DNA of 64,000 nucleotides from Verrucomicrobiaceae bacterium (GCA_024229495.1 JAAESJ010000233.1:5144-69143), one strand, 5' to 3'; shown: positions 1-10,342, counted from the first letter of the stretch. Notes: generated by a model from the letters alone, not told the origin. Numbers and translations are program-made.

Positions 1-1347
1 GGTGCGTTCTCCGTAATAGGCATAGTAGATTGAACTACGCCAGTTTTTCGGAGGGCGGGACGGCTGCTTGAATGCCGGGAGCAGGCTGCGTCCATGCATG
101 TGCGAAGGGATGTCAGCTTTTGCGATGTCGAGGAATGTTGGCCCGTAATCAATGTTCTGGATCAGTGTCTCGGACTCTGTTCCGGCAGGGATCGTCCCCG
201 GCCATCGGATCAGAAATGGCATGGCGAGGGATTCCTCAAACATCCATCGCTTATCATACCAGCCATGCTCGCCGAGGTAGAAGCCCTGGTCAGAGGAATA
301 GATAACGATTGTATTTTTTGCCAATCCCGTATCATCCAGGTATTTGAGCATCCTGCCGACGTTCTCGTCAACGGCACGAATCGTGCGCAGGTAATCCTTG
401 ATGTAGCGCTGGTATTTCCACTTGGTGATATCCTTGCCCTTGAGTTTCCCGCTCTTGATATCTGCAATGAGCTTGTTGTTCTTCGGGGTGTAGGCACTGT
501 CCCACTGTTGTTTTTGCCGCTCGTTCATTCGTTCATACTGGCGGTTGGCGATGCCGCTGAGAAAATGCTCGGGAAAGAGGGATTGCTGGCCGGGGAACTT
601 CATGTCGTGCCCCCAATACATGTGGCTTGCGATACCCATGGCATGGTTCTTGAGGGTCTTTGAGCGGTTGCCGCCGTAGTCATCAAAGAGGCCTGGTGGT
701 TCAGGCATCTGGATATCGTCGAACAGGGTGAGGTGACGGGGTGCAGGCGTCCAGTTGCGGTGAGGAGCCTTGTGCTGGCACATCAGCAGGAAGGGCTTGG
801 AATCGTCGCGTTGCTTTTTCAGCCATTCAAGGGCCCGGTCAGTGATAATGTCGGTGCAATACCCCTCATAACGCTTGCGGGTATTGTCCATCTGGATGAA
901 ATCAGGATTGTAATAGGCTCCCTGACCGGGAAGGATTTCCCAGTAGTCGAATCCGGTGGGGTTACTGACGAGGTGCCACTTGCCGACAATTGCGGTTTGA
1001 TAACCGGTTTTGCGGATAATTTGAGGGAAGGTGGTCTGGGTGCCATCGAAGCGGGAATTGTTATTGTCGAGGAAGCCGTTTGTATGAGAGTGGAGCCCGG
1101 TGAGAATGCAGGCCCGAGAGGGACCGCAGATTGAATTGGCGCAGAAACTGTTGTGAAAGATTGCCCCCTCCTTGGCAATGCGATCCAGGTTGGGAGTTGG
1201 TGCGGTCTTGGCAAGGTGACTACCGTAGGCCGAAATGGCAGCTTCAGCGTGGTCGTCTGAAAAAATGAAAAGAATATTGGGGCGCTCTGCCGCCCGGGAA
1301 AAGCCGCTGGAGATGATCAGTGCTACCGCGAATATCTTAATTCTCAT
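1..1347 (-). CDS. Type I (formylglycine-dependent) sulfatase, C-terminus cut by the window edge
   Basis: Absent from the ORF track because the frame runs off nt 1. The reverse complement from ATG at 1347 reads MRIKIFAVALIISSGFSRAAERPNILFIFSDDHAEAAISAYGSHLAKTA (signal peptide plus the sulfatase N-terminal block). Nt 1140-1102 encode ANSICGPSRACIL, the C-x-P-S-R signature. I checked that the same frame is still open at nt 120-1 (KADIPSHMHGRSLLPAFKQPSRPPKNWRSSIYYAYYGERT). Confidence 0.85.
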   Translation of the reverse strand, partial: MRIKIFAVALIISSGFSRAAERPNILFIFSDDHAEAAISAYGSHLAKTAPTPNLDRIAKEGAIFHNSFCANSICGPSRACILTGLHSHTNGFLDNNNSRFDGTQTTFPQIIRKTGYQTAIVGKWHLVSNPTGFDYWEILPGQGAYYNPDFIQMDNTRKRYEGYCTDIITDRALEWLKKQRDDSKPFLLMCQHKAPHRNWTPAPRHLTLFDDIQMPEPPGLFDDYGGNRSKTLKNHAMGIASHMYWGHDMKFPGQQSLFPEHFLSGIANRQYERMNERQKQQWDSAYTPKNNKLIADIKSGKLKGKDITKWKYQRYIKDYLRTIRAVDENVGRMLKYLDDTGLAKNTIVIYSSDQGFYLGEHGWYDKRWMFEESLAMPFLIRWPGTIPAGTESETLIQNIDYGPTFLDIAKADIPSHMHGRSLLPAFKQPSRPPKNWRSSIYYAYYGERT

Positions 1348-1585
1348 ATCGCACGATATAGGGGAGGAGCGCCCCTGCGAACAAGAATATTCGACACGCC
1401 TTTCATTGTTCCCGGAAGGGGTGAGGATTGCCTTTAAATGTGGCTTTGCAGGGTGTTGAGCGTAAATAACCTCTTGTCTGAGGCTGGAGTATTGATGGTT
1501 ATATCCTCACATGATCAAGACAATTGATTGACGATTGGCCAAAGGCGTGGAAACTGGCGCCCCTTCAGAGAAAGTGGAGCTATTG

Positions 1586-3412
1586 ATGAGTGCAGAGAAA
1601 ATCCGCAATATTGCCATTATTGCCCATGTTGACCATGGCAAGACGACCTTGGTGGACCTGTTGCTTCAGGCCGGGGGGCTTTACCGTGAAAACCAGTCTG
1701 TTGAGGAAAGGGCGATGGACTCGATGGATCAGGAGCGTGAGCGAGGCATTACCATCAAGGCGAAGAACACGGCAATCCTGTGGAATGATTACACGATCAA
1801 CATCGTGGATACTCCCGGGCATGCTGATTTTGGCGGTGAGGTTGAGCGGGTAATGAAGATGGTCGACGGGGTGCTGCTGCTTGTCGACGCAGCCGAGGGA
1901 CCGCAGGCACAGACACGCTTTGTGTTGCGTAAGGCATTGGCGCAGGGATTAACTCCAATTGTGGTCGTCAACAAGGTGGACCGGGAGTTTGCCGATCCCG
2001 CAGCTGTGCATGACAAGGTGCTGGAGCTCTTTCTCGACCTTGAGGCCAGTGAGGAGCAGTTCGAATCGCCGTTTCTTTATGGAAGTGCAAAGGAGGGATA
2101 CTTTGTGAGTCAGCTTGGGGATACCCGGGACGGTGTAATTCCCCTGCTAGAGGCTATCGTGGACAAGATAGCTCCACCATGGATTGATAACGAAGCTCCT
2201 TTCCGGATGCTGGCCAGTAACATTGATTGGGATGACTATGTTGGTCGTGTTGCGATAGGGAAAGTGCTTTCCGGAGAGGTTGCAAAAGGGGACAAGATCT
2301 GGCGCATTGCACGTGACGGCGAGCGGACTGCAATTAAGGTTACCAAGGTTTTCCAGTATACAGGTGTTGGCCGTTCGGAGGATTCGACGGTGGGTGAAGC
2401 GGGTAATATTATCGGCATCTCGGGGTTTGAGGATGTTGACATTGGAGAGACCCTCAGTGCGGATGAGCAGGGGGAAGCTTTGCCTTTTGTGGACATTGAT
2501 CCTCCCACGGTGCAGATGCAGTTTTCCGTCAATGATTCACCATTCAGCGGACGTGAGGGGAAATATGTAACCTCGCGGCAGGTGCGTGATCGCCTAATAA
2601 GGGAGGCAAAGACCAACATCTCCATTGATGTCAGTGACAGTGACCGGGCTGGGATCTTCAATGTTGCCGCGCGTGGCGCCATGCAGATTGCGGTGCTCGT
2701 TGAGGAGATGCGCCGTGAGGATTATGAGGTTTGTGTTTCCCGCCCCCGCGTGATTACAAAGCGCGATGAGAATGATGTGCTGGTTGAGCCTTTTGAGACT
2801 CTTTATGTGGAGATTCCCGAGGAGTATGTGAGCGGGGTAATGAAGGCGTTGGCTTCACGTCGGGCGGAAATTGTCAACATGATGCCCTCCGGTGGAGGTA
2901 GTGTCATAGAGGCCACGATTCCAACCCGGGGCCTGATAGGCTTTGAGTTTGAGTTGCTCAACATGACCAGCGGTCATGGAATAATGTCGCACTTGTTCAA
3001 GGAATACGGCCCACGTGTCGGCGAGATTGCAGGTCGCGCTACCGGCACTCTGGTGTCGATGGAGGACGGTGTCGCCATGGCTTATTCACTGGATGCCCTC
3101 GAGGCGCGGGGAAAACTTTTCATTGCTGCCGGGGAGAATGTCTACGAGGGCCAGATCATCGGTGAGAATCCTCGCAGTGATGACCTTCCGGTGAACCCAA
3201 CAAAGGAGAAGCACTTGACCAATCACCGCTCTTCTGGAGATGGCAAGGGTATCCAGTTGTCACCGCCTTTGAAGTTCTCGCTTGAAAGGGCCATTGAATA
3301 CATCAGTGCGGATGAACTCGTGGAGGCGACTCCACAGAACGTTCGCCTGCGTAAGCGGGTCCTTAGTGCCACCGAGAGAAAGAGGCAGGCACGGAAGGTG
3401 ACCTCGGATTAA
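1586..3412 (+). CDS. typA: Translational GTPase TypA/BipA
   Basis: IRNIAIIAHVDHGKTTLVD (G1), DTPGHADFGGEVER (G3) and NKVD (G4), with an EF-G-like C-terminal half and ~608 aa length. The ORF track starts at TTG 1535, but ATG 1586 (MSAEKIRNIAIIAHVDHGKTT) matches the usual BipA N-terminus. Confidence 0.9.
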   Translation: MSAEKIRNIAIIAHVDHGKTTLVDLLLQAGGLYRENQSVEERAMDSMDQERERGITIKAKNTAILWNDYTINIVDTPGHADFGGEVERVMKMVDGVLLLVDAAEGPQAQTRFVLRKALAQGLTPIVVVNKVDREFADPAAVHDKVLELFLDLEASEEQFESPFLYGSAKEGYFVSQLGDTRDGVIPLLEAIVDKIAPPWIDNEAPFRMLASNIDWDDYVGRVAIGKVLSGEVAKGDKIWRIARDGERTAIKVTKVFQYTGVGRSEDSTVGEAGNIIGISGFEDVDIGETLSADEQGEALPFVDIDPPTVQMQFSVNDSPFSGREGKYVTSRQVRDRLIREAKTNISIDVSDSDRAGIFNVAARGAMQIAVLVEEMRREDYEVCVSRPRVITKRDENDVLVEPFETLYVEIPEEYVSGVMKALASRRAEIVNMMPSGGGSVIEATIPTRGLIGFEFELLNMTSGHGIMSHLFKEYGPRVGEIAGRATGTLVSMEDGVAMAYSLDALEARGKLFIAAGENVYEGQIIGENPRSDDLPVNPTKEKHLTNHRSSGDGKGIQLSPPLKFSLERAIEYISADELVEATPQNVRLRKRVLSATERKRQARKVTSD

Positions 3413-3443
3413 CTTGGTCCGTGATCCTGCGGAGCGTTGGGCA

Positions 3444-4589
3444 TCATGATGGACACGGTGTTGTTTTGGCAGTGGGTTCTAAAGCGCGATTACGCGCCCG
3501 GACCTGCCAGGTTTCACCGGTTGCATTGCCATTAGAGATGACGTTGGCGTCGGCATGCAGGGCAACGGTCGGGCAGATGTGCCGGGGAAATCCAAGGAGG
3601 GCGTCCCCGGGTGAGAATTGAGTAGCCTTTGTGCTTTTTATGACGAGGTGTTCCTCACTATGAGTCAATGTCTTGGCGTCAGCGATTCCCTGGAGTGAAA
3701 CGCGGCGCTCGAGCGGATTTTCCGCGGCAACCGCCTTGTGGCCCAGGTCCAGGCAGATGTTCATTTCGCCAGGTGTGCTGATGACACGTGTGAGCAGGCA
3801 GGCGGCGATCTCGAAATCGAGTTCAGGAAAAGATTGCGCGTAACCGATGTCCCAGAGGAGGGTTGTCCCGGGACTGCACTGCCAGTCTGTTGTGTCTGCC
3901 CAAAGGTTGAAGGTTGGCGAACCGCTGACGATGATAGCGGGCACGGGATCGGCGGCAACATAATCGCCAAGTGCAGATTTGATGGAGGCGACTTCCTCTT
4001 TACGGGTTTCAAGGGAAGGTTGGTGAAGATGACCATCGTAGGCATGAAGTCCGGCAAAGTTCACGCCGTATTGTTTTTCTATCCAGCGTCGGAGTGAATG
4101 CATCTTTTCACCCAGGGCAATTCCCGTGCGGTGCATTCCGCAATCAATGTCGATAAAGAGTCGGAAAGGATTCCTGTCATTACCCAGTTGGTCAGCAATG
4201 TGCCTTGCGCAATCCATGTTGTCGGTGATTGCGGAAAATGATGTTCCTGGGAATCGTTCAATTAAGCAGGCAAGGCGTTTAATGTTGGGGCCTACAGGCT
4301 GGTAGGCCAACAGCACGTCCTCGGCTCCGGATTCTGCAGCCATCTCCAACTCCGCGATGGTGGCGGCTTTGAACTGATGAATCCCCCTGTCTATCTGCAG
4401 TTTGGTGACTTCACTCATCTTGTGGCTCTTTACGTGGGGCCGCAGTCGGTGGATTTTGTCACTGCCGACGGTGGAGATCATCCTGTCGATGTTGCGGGCG
4501 ACTTTTCCCGGATCAATGAGCAGTCCCGGAGAGGGAATGTTCTCAGGATTGGTCAGGGGTGTCCATTCCATGGAGGTTTTTTGGTGCAC
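3444..4589 (-). CDS. D-threonine aldolase / DSD1-type D-serine dehydratase family PLP enzyme (alanine racemase N-terminal fold)
   Basis: 381-aa ORF. PSPGLLID...NIDRM...LRPHVKSHKMSEV carries the RPHxKxHK PLP-lysine block typical of this family, and length and layout fit. Confidence 0.7.
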   Translation of the reverse strand: MHQKTSMEWTPLTNPENIPSPGLLIDPGKVARNIDRMISTVGSDKIHRLRPHVKSHKMSEVTKLQIDRGIHQFKAATIAELEMAAESGAEDVLLAYQPVGPNIKRLACLIERFPGTSFSAITDNMDCARHIADQLGNDRNPFRLFIDIDCGMHRTGIALGEKMHSLRRWIEKQYGVNFAGLHAYDGHLHQPSLETRKEEVASIKSALGDYVAADPVPAIIVSGSPTFNLWADTTDWQCSPGTTLLWDIGYAQSFPELDFEIAACLLTRVISTPGEMNICLDLGHKAVAAENPLERRVSLQGIADAKTLTHSEEHLVIKSTKATQFSPGDALLGFPRHICPTVALHADANVISNGNATGETWQVRARNRALEPTAKTTPCPS

Positions 4590-4672
4590 GCAGGAAATGC
4601 CAATTCCCTTATCAGGATGGCTGAAATGAGTTTGATGACTAAAGTCCCCGGGAAGGGGAGATTGCCCGAATT

Positions 4673-5410
4673 CTATTCGGGACGTCCGTTTTTCGCCGGG
4701 GATTTCCCTGTAATGAGTGCTTTCGCCTGCCGTGCATAGCGCCGTCCCAGTAGCTCGTAACCTTCCTGGGTGTAGTGGAGGTCATTGCGCTTTACGCCAT
4801 TTTTGTCCTTGTCATTGAGGTCGTCACAGTCAACCCAGGATCCGCGAGGGTCTGAATTGGCGACGTTCACCTGTGAGGTGCGAACACTTTCCCATGACTT
4901 GTCAGTGCTGCAGTCGGATAACCTGCCAATGACAAAATTCATTTCAGGTTGTTTCAGGTCCCTGCGCAGGTTGGCAATGAGCTGTTTCATGGCATCGGTG
5001 TAGGCGGCGCTGAGTTGTTCCTTGGCATCACGTTCTCCCTGCATCCAGCAGAAGGTAACTGAGGTGATCTTTGGATGATCTTTAGTGAGCTTTGCGAACT
5101 GCTCAAGGATTGGCTTGTAATAGCTGGTGCCATTGATCTTTGCCTTGAGGTTATGCTTTTCGGCAATCTGGTTCCACTCCTCGACCCAGAGGCGTATGGG
5201 TTGACCTCCCCGGGCTACCTTGAAGTAGATTACCTCGGCATCAGCAAAGAGCTTTTTTGTCTCGGGAACAAAGCCAGTGGCCGGTTTCATGCCTGCCATG
5301 TTGGATTGTCCTGAGAGGATAAAGACATGGACTGGTTTCTCTGCGCATGGCCCGTAGGCTACAGTGAGTATAAAAGTAATGAAAATCAGGATAGTGGTGG
5401 ATGGCTTCAT
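4673..5410 (-). CDS. Secreted SGNH-type carbohydrate esterase (sialate O-acetylesterase/DUF303-like)
   Basis: 245 aa with an N-terminal signal peptide (MKPSTTILIFITFILTVAYG) and the VFILSGQSNMAGM catalytic-serine block characteristic of this esterase family. Confidence 0.65.
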   Translation of the reverse strand: MKPSTTILIFITFILTVAYGPCAEKPVHVFILSGQSNMAGMKPATGFVPETKKLFADAEVIYFKVARGGQPIRLWVEEWNQIAEKHNLKAKINGTSYYKPILEQFAKLTKDHPKITSVTFCWMQGERDAKEQLSAAYTDAMKQLIANLRRDLKQPEMNFVIGRLSDCSTDKSWESVRTSQVNVANSDPRGSWVDCDDLNDKDKNGVKRNDLHYTQEGYELLGRRYARQAKALITGKSPAKNGRPE

Positions 5411-5485
5411 GGTGTCTGGGAAATAAAAAATGCTGGTTTTTCAGTGAATGTTGAGGCAAGAAGGCTTCGCCGGAAAGGCAATATC

Positions 5486-6427
5486 ATGAAAGTTATCAGT
5501 GCAGAAGAAGTTCACCAAGCCCTTAGTTTCCCCGCCCTTGTAGATGCGCTACAGGAAGCATACTCGGGAGATTACTCAATGCCTCCCAGACAGGTATTCC
5601 TTCTGGATGAGGAGGGAGGCCATGATGCTTTCGCGGTTCTTCCCTCATGGAGTGAGCAGTTGATTGCAGTAAAGGCATTTACCTATTTCCCGGAGGCAAA
5701 GGCCCCGTATAAATCCCTGTATTCGAAGGTGATGCTTTTTGACAGAGAGCATGGTGAACCCTTGGCTCTGGTGGACGGAACCACTGTAACGTTCTGGAGA
5801 ACTGCCGGTATCTCCGGCCTGGCAACCAGACTCCTTTCCAGGGAGAATGCAGAGACAATGCTCCTGCTCGGAACAGGAAACCTTGCGCCGTATATTATCA
5901 GGGCCAATGCAAGCGTGCGGAACCTTAAAAAAATCATGGTCTGGGGAAGAACCCGCTCAAAGGCGGAGCAGGTTGCGGAAAAGATGGCGGTGGAATTTCC
6001 CGAGATTGACATCCTGGCAGTTGATGACCGGCAGTCGGCTTGTGCCGAATCGGATATTGTCGTGGCGGCGACAGGTTCGCATGAACCAGTGGTCCTAGGG
6101 GAATGGATACAGCCGGGAACCCACACCGATTTCATCGGCAACCATCATGCCGGCAAACGGGAATGCGACACCGATTTGATCCTGAAGTCGAAGGTCTACG
6201 CAGACAGCAGGGTCAATGCTTTCAAGGAGGCGGGAGAGATTCTTGTGCCCATTGAGGAAGGGGCGTTTTCAAAGGACGGCGTTGTCGCTGAACTGGCCGA
6301 GATGTGCCGGGGTAGTGCCACGTTGAGGGAGTCCGATGAGGAGATTACCCTCTTCAAGTCAATCGGGATGGCAATGAGTGATCTGGTGGGAGCGGGCCTT
6401 GCCTACCGCACGGTCAGTGGGAGCTAG
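5486..6427 (+). CDS. Ornithine cyclodeaminase / mu-crystallin family protein
   Basis: MKVISAEEVHQALSFPALVDALQEAY..., the Rossmann block LLLGTGNLAPYII and ~313 aa length. The track ORF starts at 5327 inside the divergent upstream gene; ATG 5486 removes that overlap. Confidence 0.75.
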   Translation: MKVISAEEVHQALSFPALVDALQEAYSGDYSMPPRQVFLLDEEGGHDAFAVLPSWSEQLIAVKAFTYFPEAKAPYKSLYSKVMLFDREHGEPLALVDGTTVTFWRTAGISGLATRLLSRENAETMLLLGTGNLAPYIIRANASVRNLKKIMVWGRTRSKAEQVAEKMAVEFPEIDILAVDDRQSACAESDIVVAATGSHEPVVLGEWIQPGTHTDFIGNHHAGKRECDTDLILKSKVYADSRVNAFKEAGEILVPIEEGAFSKDGVVAELAEMCRGSATLRESDEEITLFKSIGMAMSDLVGAGLAYRTVSGS

Positions 6428-6445
6428 GATTTAAGCTTCAACCCC

Positions 6446-7345
6446 TCAGGACGGCCTTGTGGCGGCGGATTCCCTGATGATCTTCAGGGCATCCTCACGT
6501 TGTTGGCCTGAAAGGGGCAATCTTGGGGCACGCACGGTTTCCGTTCCGTATCCCATTTCAGAACAGGCCAGCTTGATATACTGGACGAGTTTCGGGTGAC
6601 TGTCGAAGTGCAGCATCGGCATGTACCAACGATAGATTTCAAGGCCGCGTTGCCAGTCACCGGCGATGGCGGCATCCCACATCATGCGGTTTTCACGGGG
6701 AAAGGCATCGACAAGCCCTGATATCCATCCACTGCATCCCAGCATGATGCTCTCCAGGGCCACATCATCAAGACCTGAGAAGATGATATAGCGCTCGCCG
6801 AGCCTGTTAAAGAGGTCGGTAATGCGCCTGGTGTCCCCGGCAGCCTCCTTGATGCAGACAATGGTTTCCACATCGGCAAGGTCCTCAAACATTTCAGGCG
6901 TGATGTCCACCCGGTAGACCGGAGGGTTGTTATAGCACATGATCGGCAGGTCAGTGGCGGCCGCCACGGTACGGAAGTGATTGACCGTTTCGCGGCGGTC
7001 GGAGTTGTAGACCATAGCCGGCATGAGCATGAAGCCGTCAACGCCTGCATTGGCTGCAGCCTGCGCGGTCAGGCAGGCGTTGGCAGTAGTGAACTCAGCG
7101 ATGCCGTTGAGCAGCGGAACGCTGTCTTTACAGACTTCCTTGGTGGCCTTGAGAACCTGAATCTTTTCCTCAAGGGATAGTGAGCAGTTCTCGCCAATGG
7201 TGCCGAGCATTATCAGGCCATGAATTCCCTCACTGAGAAGCGCCTCGACGTGCTTTTGCGTCGCGGGAATATCGAGTGAGAAATCGTCCTTGAATTGGGT
7301 GGGAATCGCGGGGAAAACACCGCTCCAGTCTACTTTCAATGCCAT
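6446..7345 (-). CDS. Dihydrodipicolinate synthase / N-acetylneuraminate lyase family (class I aldolase)
   Basis: GVFPAIPTQF...GIHGLIMLGTIGENCSLSLEEK, the Schiff-base lysine context VCIKEAAGD and ~300 aa length. The track start 7366 is TTG; the first ATG is at 7345. Confidence 0.75.
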   Translation of the reverse strand: MALKVDWSGVFPAIPTQFKDDFSLDIPATQKHVEALLSEGIHGLIMLGTIGENCSLSLEEKIQVLKATKEVCKDSVPLLNGIAEFTTANACLTAQAAANAGVDGFMLMPAMVYNSDRRETVNHFRTVAAATDLPIMCYNNPPVYRVDITPEMFEDLADVETIVCIKEAAGDTRRITDLFNRLGERYIIFSGLDDVALESIMLGCSGWISGLVDAFPRENRMMWDAAIAGDWQRGLEIYRWYMPMLHFDSHPKLVQYIKLACSEMGYGTETVRAPRLPLSGQQREDALKIIRESAATRPS

Positions 7346-7390
7346 ATATCCGGAGTGTGAGTCCAATAAGGGACATTTGCAAACCGTAAG

Positions 7391-8614
7391 CTACACGAGC
7401 AGTGAATAATCCACCGGCTTGTGATGATCGAGGGTGTCATTAACGGCGGGCATCGGGTATTTCAGGCCGGTGGCGCAATTGAAGAGCACCGCGCTTTCCT
7501 GGGTGGTAACCCGACCGCTTTTCAGTTCCTTGAGATACGCCGCGTAGGTTGCGGCACCCTCCGGGCAGAGCAGTATGCCCTCGAGTTCGGCAGCTTTTCG
7601 TCTCGCTTCATCTATCGCCCCGTCATCGACGGCAGTGGCAAATCCACCGGTTTCCCTGATGCCCTGAAGGATTAGGAAATCTCCAATCGCTGCCGGCACT
7701 CTGATTCCCGCGGCCACTGTGTGGGCATCTTTCCAGAATTCGGCATGGTCAGCTCCTGACTCGAATGCTTTCACAATTGGTGCACAACCGCTTGCCTGGA
7801 CGGCGACCATTCGTGGACGGTGGCCGTCGATCCATCCGATTTGCTCAAGTTCGTCGAATGCCTTGACCATGCCGATCAAACCGGTTCCTCCTCCGGTGGG
7901 GTAAAAAATGACGTCAGGCAGTTGCCAGTTGAACTGCTCGGCAAGTTCAAGTCCCATGGTTTTTTTCCCCTCTATGCGGTAGGGTTCCTTCAGTGTGGAT
8001 ACATCAAACCACCCGACCGGCTCTGTTCCGTTGCGCACGATCTTGCCGCAGTCGGTAATGAGGCCGTTGACTCCCCATACCTTCGCTCCCTGGAGGGCAA
8101 TTTCGCGCATGTTTGTTTCAGGGGTGTCATCGGGGCAGAAGACAAAGGCTTCCATACCTGCACGACGGGCATAGGCCGCCATTGCAGCTCCGGCATTACC
8201 GTTTGTGGGGATAGCGAGCCTGGAGATGCCGAGCTCCTTAGCCATTGATACAGCCATGCACAGGCCACGTGCCTTGAATGATCCTGTGGGAAGACGACCC
8301 TCGTCCTTGATAAAGACATTTTTTCCGCCCAGGCGGGATGAGGGCAGGAGAGGGGTCATTGTTTCACCTAGACTGACAATATTTTCCGGGTTACCCACCG
8401 GTAGCATTTCCCGATATCGCCAGAGGTCCGGGGAGCGGGCTTCCAGGTGCTTTTTCTGCAATGATTGCGAGAGTGCCGCAAGGTCGTAGCGTACCAGCAG
8501 TGGAGCCCCTGCTTTTGAAAGCCCATGTATTTGTCCGGCTTCATAGTGTTCTTTGGTTTTCGAGCACTCGAGGTGGGTCACAAAGGTTGGGTTAGGGGAT
8601 ACTTGTGGATCCAT
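7391..8614 (-). CDS. Threonine synthase-like fold-type II PLP enzyme
   Basis: LPTGSFKARG PLP-lysine motif, the glycine loop YPTGGGTGLIG and an N-terminal THLECSKT...PLLVRYDL segment as in ThrC-type proteins. The start is ambiguous (ATG 8683 or ATG 8614). Specificity (ThrC versus a related lyase) cannot be decided from sequence. Confidence 0.6.
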   Translation of the reverse strand: MDPQVSPNPTFVTHLECSKTKEHYEAGQIHGLSKAGAPLLVRYDLAALSQSLQKKHLEARSPDLWRYREMLPVGNPENIVSLGETMTPLLPSSRLGGKNVFIKDEGRLPTGSFKARGLCMAVSMAKELGISRLAIPTNGNAGAAMAAYARRAGMEAFVFCPDDTPETNMREIALQGAKVWGVNGLITDCGKIVRNGTEPVGWFDVSTLKEPYRIEGKKTMGLELAEQFNWQLPDVIFYPTGGGTGLIGMVKAFDELEQIGWIDGHRPRMVAVQASGCAPIVKAFESGADHAEFWKDAHTVAAGIRVPAAIGDFLILQGIRETGGFATAVDDGAIDEARRKAAELEGILLCPEGAATYAAYLKELKSGRVTTQESAVLFNCATGLKYPMPAVNDTLDHHKPVDYSLLV

Positions 8615-8734
8615 GTTGTATTTATCGTCGACTGAGTGGGAGATGACTGCAAGCCGGCAGATGAGACACTGTGGAATAGCCATTAAGCGATGGGGTTTGC
8701 CTAACTGCCGTAATAGGGTCTAAGTTGCGTTGCA

Positions 8735-10342
8735 GTGGATACATTTCCCAGCATATTCAATGATGTCTTGGGTCCGGTAATGCGGGGACCTTCCAGCTCT
8801 CACAGCGCGGCAGCTTTACGGATCGGCCGAATGGCGCGTGACCTTATGGCAGGTGAGCTTTCCCGAGTGGTGGTGGATTATGACCCGAACGGCGCGCTGG
8901 TAACGACTCATGAACCTCAGGGGTCAGACTTGGGGCTTTTTGGTGGATTGATGGGGTGGGAAACTGATGATGCTCGCTTACCTGATTTCCGTGAGGAAAT
9001 CCGCAAGGCGGGGATCGATGTGGAGATCCGCTATCTTTCCTATGGGGCGGTGCATCCGAATACCTATCGGCTTACTCTTGGTAATGCCCATGAAGAACAG
9101 GAGATGACCGCGATATCAACCGGTGGCGGGATGATTGAGATTCAGGAAATTAACGGGGCGAAGGTGAGCATGTTAGGTGATTATTTTGAGCTGCTGGTTT
9201 TTGTATCGGAAGGAGAGGAGGGGCTCTCGATGTGGTTGCGTTCGAACTTTGCTTTTGAGCAAGTGACCACTATTGAAGGTGGTGATGCGGTTTTGATAGA
9301 GGCCAAGAGCCGGGTGATGCCTGATGAGGGGCTTCTTGAGGAGTTACGTGCCAATGACTCCGTCCTGTCACTCCGCGTGATCGAGCCGGTATTGCCTGTC
9401 CTGGCGCGTGGTGACATGAGCGTGCCATTCATTAATGGAACGCAGATGAACCGTTATCGCGAGGAACAAGGGGGGGAGATGAGCCTAGGGCAACTCGGAG
9501 CACTCTACGAGGCTCAGAGAGGGGGGATTAGCGAGGAAGAGGTGCGTGTAAGGATGGCTCAGCTTGTTGAGGTCATGGAGGATTCGATAAAGGTCGGGCT
9601 GGCAGGTACGGAATATGCGGATCGGATCCTTCCCTGCCAATCGGTGAATTTCGAGGAGAAGATGGATGACGGGGAGCTGGTTCCCGGGGATGTGCTGAAC
9701 AGGGTGATTCTTTATGTTACCGCAATGATGGAGATGAAGAGCTCCATGGGAGTTATTGTTGCAGCTCCGACAGCAGGGTCCTGCGGGGCATTGCCTGGTG
9801 GGGTTCTGGGAGTTGCTGATGCCCTGGGAAAGGATAAAGATGAGCGTGTCGAGGCAATGCTTGCAGCGGGAATGATAGGGGTGTTCATCGCTGAGAGCTC
9901 AACATTTGCAGCGGAGGAGGCGGGCTGCATGGCAGAGTGTGGCTCGGGCGCCAGTATGGGAGCAGCCGCTATCGTTGCGTTGGCAGGCGGCAGCTATGAT
10001 CAACAGATGGGGGCTGCCTCAATGGCGTTGCAGAATTCCCTGGGAATGACATGTGATACACTTGCCAACCGGGTTGAGGCACCCTGTCTCGGCCGTAATG
10101 TTGCCGCGGCTTCCAATGCGCTCTCAAGTGCAAATATGGCCCTTGCTGACTTCGAGCATCTGGTGCCGATTGATCAGGTCATTGAAGCGATGCGTGAGGT
10201 TGGCGAGCTAATGCCACGTGAGCTCTGCTGCACCGGGCTCGGGGGACTTGCGGTGACACCCGTATCAGGTGAAATTGCTGAAAGGTTGAAGGCGGGGAAC
10301 CGGAAGGCAAGCGGCAAGGAGGGGGAGATTCAGGCCAAATAG
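8735..10342 (+). CDS. Iron-sulfur L-serine dehydratase family protein (fused beta + alpha domains)
   Basis: N-terminal SIFNDVLGPVMRGPSSSHSAAALRIG block. The alpha domain carries the cysteines AAPTAGSCGALPG / CMAECGSGASMG / APCLGRN, consistent with a 4Fe-4S site. GTG start. Confidence 0.8.
   Translation: MDTFPSIFNDVLGPVMRGPSSSHSAAALRIGRMARDLMAGELSRVVVDYDPNGALVTTHEPQGSDLGLFGGLMGWETDDARLPDFREEIRKAGIDVEIRYLSYGAVHPNTYRLTLGNAHEEQEMTAISTGGGMIEIQEINGAKVSMLGDYFELLVFVSEGEEGLSMWLRSNFAFEQVTTIEGGDAVLIEAKSRVMPDEGLLEELRANDSVLSLRVIEPVLPVLARGDMSVPFINGTQMNRYREEQGGEMSLGQLGALYEAQRGGISEEEVRVRMAQLVEVMEDSIKVGLAGTEYADRILPCQSVNFEEKMDDGELVPGDVLNRVILYVTAMMEMKSSMGVIVAAPTAGSCGALPGGVLGVADALGKDKDERVEAMLAAGMIGVFIAESSTFAAEEAGCMAECGSGASMGAAAIVALAGGSYDQQMGAASMALQNSLGMTCDTLANRVEAPCLGRNVAAASNALSSANMALADFEHLVPIDQVIEAMREVGELMPRELCCTGLGGLAVTPVSGEIAERLKAGNRKASGKEGEIQAK

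Noticed and set aside
94-1214. Track ORFs 94-663 (+), 733-1134 (+), 210-497 (-) and 819-1214 (-).
   Set aside because: All overlap the hand-recovered sulfatase frame (1-1347, minus strand), which carries the CxPSR signature. Their translations are low-complexity shadow frames with no motifs.
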